A DNA stretch of 42,920 nucleotides from Octopus bimaculoides (Eukaryota). The notes under the pieces were generated by a model. It was not told the DNA's origin, searched no databases, and saw only the letters and a program-made list of their open reading frames with translations. Position numbers and translations under genes: made by a program. Shown one piece after another: positions 36,087 to 42,920 of the stretch. The first letter of the stretch is position 1, and every line of letters starts with the position of its first letter. The stretch is from the NCBI RefSeq assembly GCF_001194135.2, contig NC_068983.1, forward strand, positions 55,800,769 to 55,843,688. Reading direction: 5' to 3'.

Positions 36087-36660
36087 ATTGTGGTCACATG
36101 ATCGAAGTTTGAGCCTGATCGTGCCATTTTTCTTTCTGGCTTTACAGTGTAAGCATGGCCACTCCACTAACAATGCCCACCAAAGAAGAATAAAGAACAT
36201 TGATCTGAGAGATGGTGATGGTGAACTGGTTCACCATTACCATCTCTCAAGCTTGCAGAATCTTCTCGTCATTGGTGGTGGTTGATGGACATCCTGTTCC
36301 CTCTTTGTGTGTCACGCTTGTCCAGCCACTTTTAAACTTCTCAATCCACTCATACATACTTCTACATGGTAGTGCACTGTCTCCGTTTTGTGCAGAAAGC
36401 CTCTGATGAATTTCAGCACTTGACACACTTTCCGACCAGAGAAATTGGATCGCTGCTCTTAGTTCTTCTTTGGTGCACATTGTTAGCGGAGTGGTGATAC
36501 TTATACTGTAAAGCCAGAAAGAAAAATAGCACAGTCAGGCTCAAAGTTCGATCACTTGACCACAATTGTACCAACTATAAGAGCACATGCTCGGAAGGCA
36601 GTGTGACAATAATAAAGATATGTTATGGTAAAAGTGCAGATAATTTTTGACTTACCCTTG
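36087..36660 (-). mobile_element. Mariner remnant: 5' TIR, 5' UTR and transposase N-terminal HTH region, joined to an inverted, internally deleted second copy
   Basis: TIR-like CAAGGGTAAGTCAAAAATTATCTGCACT at 36634-36660; ORF 36247-36480 MCTKEELRAAIQFLWSESVSSAEIHQRLSAQNGDSALPCRSMYEWIEKFKSGWTSV matches the mariner N-terminus; 36087-36205 is an inverted copy of about 36455-36575. Confidence 0.85.
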
Positions 36661-36682
36661 TGTGTGTATGTATGTATGTATG

Positions 36683-36722
<40 letters not shown>

Positions 36723-36725
<3 letters not shown>

Positions 36726-37140
36726 ATGTAGTTTTGCCTCTATAACATGGTTGTTCCCTAAAGAACTATGTTAATATATTTTAACCCCAGGAAAACATCT
36801 TTTCCAGCTGGTCAACGGCATAACCTGTGTCTGATATATTGTGAGTAAGAGACCAAATCACTCCTCGCCAGCTTGGCAAGACCAGTAGACCATGGTTTCT
36901 GGGTCTTTACCTTTCATCGGTAATTGGACACCTGCCTGCTGGAGATGTCAGTCAATCGTCCCTACTTACAATATATAAACAGAAGTGGCAGATGGCCACT
37001 GATCCCAATAATGAGTAAAGTAGCTAGTACTAAAATCCCTAAAAGAGATATAAGTAGTAACAATACTAGATAGATCGTAACGCTTTTTTGCCTCTATAAC
37101 ATGGCTGTTCTATAAAACATTATGTTACTACATTTTAACT
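36723..37140 (+). repeat. Pair of ~64-bp dispersed direct repeats (36723-36786 and 37077-37140) flanking a ~290-bp spacer
   Basis: ttttgcctctataacatgg(t/c)tgttc...tatgtta.ta.attttaac occurs twice. Confidence 0.75.
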
Positions 37141-37296
37141 CAGTGAGTGTATGTATACATATATAAGTGCATGCACACACACAGGGTCAAATTCATCATT
37201 ACCATTTTGACATCTCCTTTCCCTTTTGGTATGAGTCACAGGACATATTCAGGCAGAGTTTTATGGTTGGATGCCCTCCTGACATCACCTCATTTA

Positions 37297-37762
37297 GTCA
37301 TCCCTTACGCACTACTAAGGAGAGCACAAGTCAGGCCACCTTCTTCAAATGTCTGACATGAGACTCCCCAAGAGACTGTTTTACAAAGAACTTACAGTTA
37401 CAGAAGGCAAGCACATGCAAGGTGGACAGAAAAAAAACATTTCAAGGACACACTCAACTGAACAGCTTTGGGATCAACCCCAACATCTGGGAAATGCAAG
37501 TACAAGACCATCCTTCCCAGTGAAGCTGCACCAACCGAGGCGTCACCTTCTATGAACAGAACAGGATTGCAAGGGCACAAAGAAATCACAAAATCCACAA
37601 ATCCAGAGCCAAGTCCTTGCCTTGAGACCCAGCAGACCCCCAGTGTCCAACCTGTGGCAGAACCTTCCAAACAAGCATCAGATTGATTAACCAGAGCCGG
37701 ACACAGCATCCTCTTCTCCCATGTTATTTCCTTGGTCATTATCGACAATGACAGGCAAACTA
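37297..37762 (+). mobile_element. RTE-BovB-like LINE 3' fragment with a C-terminal C2H2-type motif
   Basis: ALLRRAQVR..MSDMRLPKRLFYKEL..GKHMQGGQKK..FKDTL..SFGINPNIWE...FYEQNRIA...CPTCGRTF, with frameshifts. Confidence 0.85.
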
Positions 37763-37764
37763 CA

Positions 37765-37800
<36 letters not shown>

Positions 37801-37803
<3 letters not shown>

Positions 37804-38010
37804 GAGAATTCACGAAAAAACAACAGATGATGACAGGTGGTGTAAACAACAAATGGATGTATTAATATAACGCATGGGAATAGAGAAAGTCTTTAACGTT
37901 TCGAGCCTACGCTCTTCAACAGAAAGGAACACAGAAAGAAACAAGGAGAGAAAAAAATATGTGTAGTGGTCAGCGATCTATCATGGCGAATGCCGGACAG
38001 ATATACATAT
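37801..38010 (-). mobile_element. (TA)n-associated Penelope-like short repeat carrying a hammerhead-like motif
   Basis: Abuts (TA)n, has no TIR or TSD, and contains the motif at 37891-37926. Confidence 0.55.
37891..37926 (-). ncRNA. Minimal hammerhead-like motif with an A6 to U core deviation
   Basis: CUUU-CUGUUGA-A-GAGC-GUAG-GCUC-GAAA-C-GUU-AAAG: 4-bp helix I, 4-bp helix II, AACGUU palindrome. Confidence 0.5.
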
Positions 38011-38274
38011 ATACAACATGCAGAAATACAGTGTACCTATTCTTATGTAAACTAATAAAGTATTTGAACAAGCCTTGAAGTTTCTATCAACAGTTCTTAA
38101 AATAAACTTTAGCTCTATTTTTATCATTGAGTTGTTATTTATCAGTCAACAAGCCAGTATATTATCATCGTTGTCGTCACCATTTTAACGTCTCTTTTTC
38201 CATGTTGGCATGGGTTAGATGGTTTGACAATGATCCATGATTGCATCATACTCTAACCCAAGAAGACTTCATAG

Positions 38275-38556
38275 TCTGATTATTATGCATAAAATGCAAA
38301 ATATTAAATTTTTTTGTAGATTAGATAGGCATAATTCGCCCCTGTTTTTCAGTCTTAATATTAAAACTACACATAGTATTGCTGTAGTACACATGCTGCG
38401 TACATTCCTACAACAGCATATTCTTTATGTGCTATAAAGGAAGAAGTAAATCTGCCTTCAACTCAGTCGCGCGCCTGTGTTTCACTTATTTTCTGTGAGT
38501 TTTACTACATAAAGATCACCAAGTACCTACCCTGAGTAATTACTGACGGCATATGC

Positions 38557-38562
<6 letters not shown>
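38275..38562 (+). mobile_element. Second full copy of the unclassified (TA)n-associated repeat
   Basis: Colinear with 14335-14615. Confidence 0.7.
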
Positions 38563-38606
<44 letters not shown>

Positions 38607-39289
38607 NNNNNNNNNNNNNNNNNNNNNNNNNNNNNNNNNNNNNNNNNNNNNNNNNNNNNNNNNNNNNNNNNNNNNNNNNNNNNNNNNNNNNNNNNNNNNN
38701 NNNNNNNNNNNNNNNNNNNNNNNNNNNNNNNNNNNNNNNNNNNNNNNNNNNNNNNNNNNNNNNNNNNNNNNNNNNNNNNNNNNNNNNNNNNNNNNNNNNN
38801 NNNNNNNNNNNNNNNNNNNNNNNNNNNNNNNNNNNNNNNATATATATATATATATATATATACATATATATATGGATAAGATATAAGTTAGAGGTATTAA
38901 AACCATCTAAGGGATAGATGTATCCAGAGGCACTCCTCGTGTACTACTTCAATATGTATGGTCTTTGTAATAAGGTATACGGTAGTAGGTAATTTAAAAG
39001 GTAAACCCTAGTTTAATGTATATAAAGAAAGATTAGAAAATGGAGAAATAAATAACAATGAGAAGTGGATCTTTGGTGTTATCGTCTTTATATATATATA
39101 CATATGGGTAGATAGTGATGAAGATAAAGACAATTAAGCATGACACATACATACAGACAGACAGATAGACATACACATATATCCACATACATTCAGAAAG
39201 ATAAACAAATACATACATTATATATAAAATATATTTACATATAGCATAAAAAGTACAGAATATTAGGATGTAGTGTGGAATTGTACTGC

Positions 39290-41345
39290 AACAACATACC
39301 ACTGATGGCCTCTTCCTGATCAAACAACTATAGAAGTTTTAGCTAACCATAAGTCACTTGGCATTTTTCAAACTACGGAAAACTTTTGGGATAGTACTAC
39401 ACTGGTGTAGATGAACGTACTGTGAGAGCCATGATCAGATATATTGTCAGTATAGTCAGAGATGCTACCACGTACTATGAGGAATTTACCATGCAGAGAG
39501 GTGTCCATCAAGGCTTGGTGACCAGCCCTCACTTGTTTTAGTTCTCAGGGCTATAACAAAGGAGTTTGAACAGCTAGATGTAGGCATGCCATTGATCTAG
39601 TTCTCACCCCTGAATCTACTGAAGACCGTGAGAAAAACTTTCAAACCTGGAAGCAAAGCCTAGATCCAAGTCCTCAAAGACAAAAGTTTTATATAGAAGG
39701 AAACAATCCTTTCTACAATAAGTACAAGGCCTGAAATTTGGGGGGTTGGGGATGTAGCTGATTACATTGACCCTCCAGTGTTTCACTGGTACTTAATTTA
39801 TCGACACTGAAAGGATGAAAGGTAAAGTCGACCTTGGTGGAATATAAAAGGAAATAATAATGATTCCATTGCCATATGGGAAGTGGCCATAATCAATAGA
39901 CAGAAGAGGACTAAGTAGGGATTCTTCACGGTATATCTGATATAAAAAATGAGAGCAGAAAGGTCAAGTAGAATCACAGGCAGACTGAGAAATAAAAAAG
40001 AATTCTTATGTAGCAAATACAACCAAGAAATTGGGGGTTAGAAACCCCACAAAAATTCTCTCAAATACTCTGAAGGCTTCATAGGAGCAGATGAAAATGT
40101 CTGTTACCTAGGTGACCTAATTGGTAGTGGGAGTCCTAAAAGCATAGCTAGAGAAAGAACAGAGCAGAGGAAAATGTGCAGAGAGCTTTTACCTCAGCGA
40201 GTGACAAAGGGATTTTTCAAGCCAATGTGAGAGACTAGAAATAGTAACTAAATCTCTCCCTCAAATCATACATCATCTTCAACCCCCGGTCATTACTGTC
40301 TCAAGTCCAAAGATTCATAGGGCCTGTTACTCAGCTTCTAAGATGTGTAACTGGCTGAAACCACATTGCTCCTGAAACTGATGCTGGTCATCACAGGGGT
40401 TCCTAATTTACAGATGGGTGGACTGGAGCAATGTGAAATGAAGTATTTTGCTCACATAGCACTGCCTGGTTCAAGAATCGAAACCACGATCCTGTGGTCA
40501 TGAGTACAACACACTAACATCTAGGCCACATGTCTTCACTTCGAATCATACCCACCATCTTAAAAATGCTAACACAGGGTCTTTAGATAATATGGTCCTG
40601 CATGGAAGAAGAAAAAAACTATGGTTTCAGATGGAATGCTTTTGAACAAAGATCTTCATTAACAGGGCTGGCTTGGGGTTAAATAAAAAAAGATATTCGC
40701 TTTTTAAGTGAAGGGTAGAGTTATATAATGTTAATGCCTGGAATGTAATGCTGTATGGAAGTGGAACATGGGCGCTATCTGCAGAAGATGAGCAAAGTTG
40801 GGAAAGAAATGAGGCATAAAAGACAGAGTAGAAGCTAAGAAAAAAGAAAAATAGGAGAAATCCGATCGGAAACCCTTCGTTATAAGTACATGACGTCATT
40901 CACCCACACAACCTTCTCTAATGACATAAAGAGGTGAGGCTGAAAATGAGGGTGAATGGCGTCGTCCCCTCATACAGACACTCTGTAAACCAGTATCGAA
41001 ACATCACCATCAGATGTAAACTGTATTGACATGTAACACATATGGAGGACGACCGCTGGTTTACAAAAATGCAATGTGGTCGAATTGGAAAGAACCCGAG
41101 TGATGTAGCGTGGGTGTGTAGATTACACATGCCAGCTTCTCTATGTGTGTGTGTTGGTTGCAGTCATAGGTATGTGATGTCTAAGGAAGCGGGGGTAGTT
41201 ATTTTGGGTAACGGACGGGGTGGACAAAACCCACGCTACGCCCACTGACCAGTAGATTGAGGGGATGACAAAGGACGGGAAGTGTTGGGGAAACATCAGC
41301 ACAACGTCTCCGCAAGCATGGAAAATAGATGAACATAAAATGATT
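39290..41345 (+). mobile_element. Fragmented ancient RTE-clade LINE (pieces at about 39290-39695, 40040-40225, 40680-40835 and 40900-41345), interrupted by SINEs
   Basis: Colinear RT motifs with many stops and frameshifts: TTDGLFLIKQL, GVDERTVRA, EEFTMQRGVHQG, CYLGDLIGSG, RELLP..VTKG, LKVKGR..VMLYGSGTWAL, HVTHMEDDRW. Confidence 0.75.
39705..39845 (-). mobile_element. SINE-B fragment inside the RTE remnant
   Basis: ggtacttaatttatcgacactgaaaggatgaaaggtaaagtcgacc. Confidence 0.75.
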
Positions 41346-41673
41346 ACATACATACACGTACTTACTCACATATATACATATACTTCACACACACACACAC
41401 ATACACATACACGCAGTGGGACCAAACATGTGGTTTCGAGTTCGTCCCCCGCATGTCACGTTTGAACAAATTTGAGTAAACCGCATACTCGGCGACACTT
41501 CGCTGTGTCAATGACGATGCAATTAAATATCACACTCTACAATTGTATTAAGTTCTCTATTCATTCAATTTTCGTTCTCTCTCTCTCTCTCTGTATACGC
41601 ACACACACAAACATCTATACATACACGCCTACACTATACAGCACGCTTTAATCTTGTGTGATGTATGTATGTA

Positions 41674-41713
<40 letters not shown>

Positions 41714-41716
<3 letters not shown>

Positions 41717-41870
41717 GTGTCTGGAGAGAGTCATTCTCTTTTAGTGCCTTATTATTTAACACACTCACCGGTAAAGTTTCCACTCATTAAATAAGTAAAT
41801 AAGTGGAAACATTATCGGTGAGCGTGTTAAATAATAAGCCACTAAAAGAGAACGACTCTCCCCAGACAAC
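41714..41870. mobile_element. Foldback MITE, 157 bp, almost entirely palindromic
   Basis: Arms of about 70 nt: gtctggagagagtcattctcttttagtgccttattatttaacacactcaccggtaaagtttccactca versus the reverse complement of taagtggaaacattatcggtgagcgtgttaaataataagccactaaaagagaacgactctccccagac. Confidence 0.85.
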
Positions 41871-42920
41871 AAAATATGCTTCAACACACGAACTCACATA
41901 AAGAATCTCGCAAACTAAATCCAAAACCGAAGTATATATATATCACAATTGCGATTTAAATGTCTTTTATGAAAGAAAGAAAAACACTATATGAATGTAC
42001 TACAATAAATACACACGTACACCAGAGAGCCACCTACACTTTATGTATAATATTCATGGTCACTTTATTCATGGTTACTATTCAGACTCCCCGACCAGTA
42101 ATTCATTTGATCAAGATGTAAAGTACAACATGATTGTAGTAATCGAACGAACTTGTTTACATTAATTTGCTATTGGCTGTTGTCATTGTTTACAATCAGG
42201 TGAAACGAAAATAACTGTAAAATCATGTCAGCCAGGGTCGCGAGTCGAAATCGTTCTTTCTAGAGGCTAGAAATAACAGCCAAATCTTCTAATTCGCATT
42301 CAACCGTCTTTAAAGAAAGACATTATTCTACAAACATGTATTTAATAAAATAAAAATAAAAAACGTTATGGTCACAACTGGGTCTGTTGTATCAAGTTTG
42401 ATCTAGAGTTAAATAACATCGGAGATATACTACGTTCAGTGAAAATTCCTTGATAGAAATGTCTGAACGAAACAAAACGTTTGACTGCATGTAGATGCAT
42501 GCTTGCTTGTATGCGCGGGTGCGCGCACGTGCACGCATTACATAAGGGAGATGTTTTAGAGTGTATAAGAATCCGTGTATATATATATCAACAATCCCAT
42601 ATTATACGAGATTGTATAAAAGCACAAATACAAAAATATATCTATCAATAAAGAGCATGTATAAATATATACCCATGGAAGAACATCTCTCTCTCATACA
42701 GATAGATAGATAGATAGATGAGGATGTATAAAAAATACATATATACATAAACGTGTATTAAGCATGGATTGTGTAAACATTCATGCACGCATTGTATAAG
42801 GATATTTTTCAGTGTTGATATTTTCATTAAAGCGAAAAAATAAAACATAACGTTATAATAACAATACTTTATCAATATGACCATAATATACAAATAGAAC
42901 ATCACACTTGAACTATATAT

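Noticed and set aside
6501-38906. Long ORF-track entries with X runs or HT/VC/YI/SL dipeptide repeats
   Set aside because: They are artefacts of N-gaps and microsatellites

Overview
This is a 42.9-kb, AT-rich eukaryotic window from a draft assembly with nine N-gaps, almost entirely intronic or intergenic in character. The repeat landscape (several tRNA-derived SINE families plus very dense (TA)n, (CA)n, (GA)n and (GAT)n microsatellites) looks like an octopus/coleoid cephalopod genome; that identification is my recognition, not a database result. I could not identify any host protein-coding exon with confidence, and nearly all ORF-track entries are repeat- or gap-derived. Supported content: (i) about 40 copies or fragments of six SINE families (my labels A-F); (ii) decayed LINE fragments: one CR1/L2-group 3' end and four to five RTE-clade pieces; (iii) a mariner transposase remnant folded back on itself; (iv) several MITEs with visible TIRs and TSDs (hAT-type 8-bp TSD, Tc2/pogo-type TA TSD). 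The most interesting signals are minimal type-I hammerhead ribozyme motifs in two short interspersed repeat families (Penelope/retrozyme-like), a 60-nt tandem duplication shaped like a pair of mutually exclusive 30-nt microexons (18263-18352, minus strand), a SINE tail matching the CR1-like LINE 3' end in the same window, tandem SINE-B arrays that start mid-unit, and a CpG-retaining domain at about 21.8-26.1 kb. Repeat boundaries are approximate (about +/-20 nt) unless a TSD is quoted.
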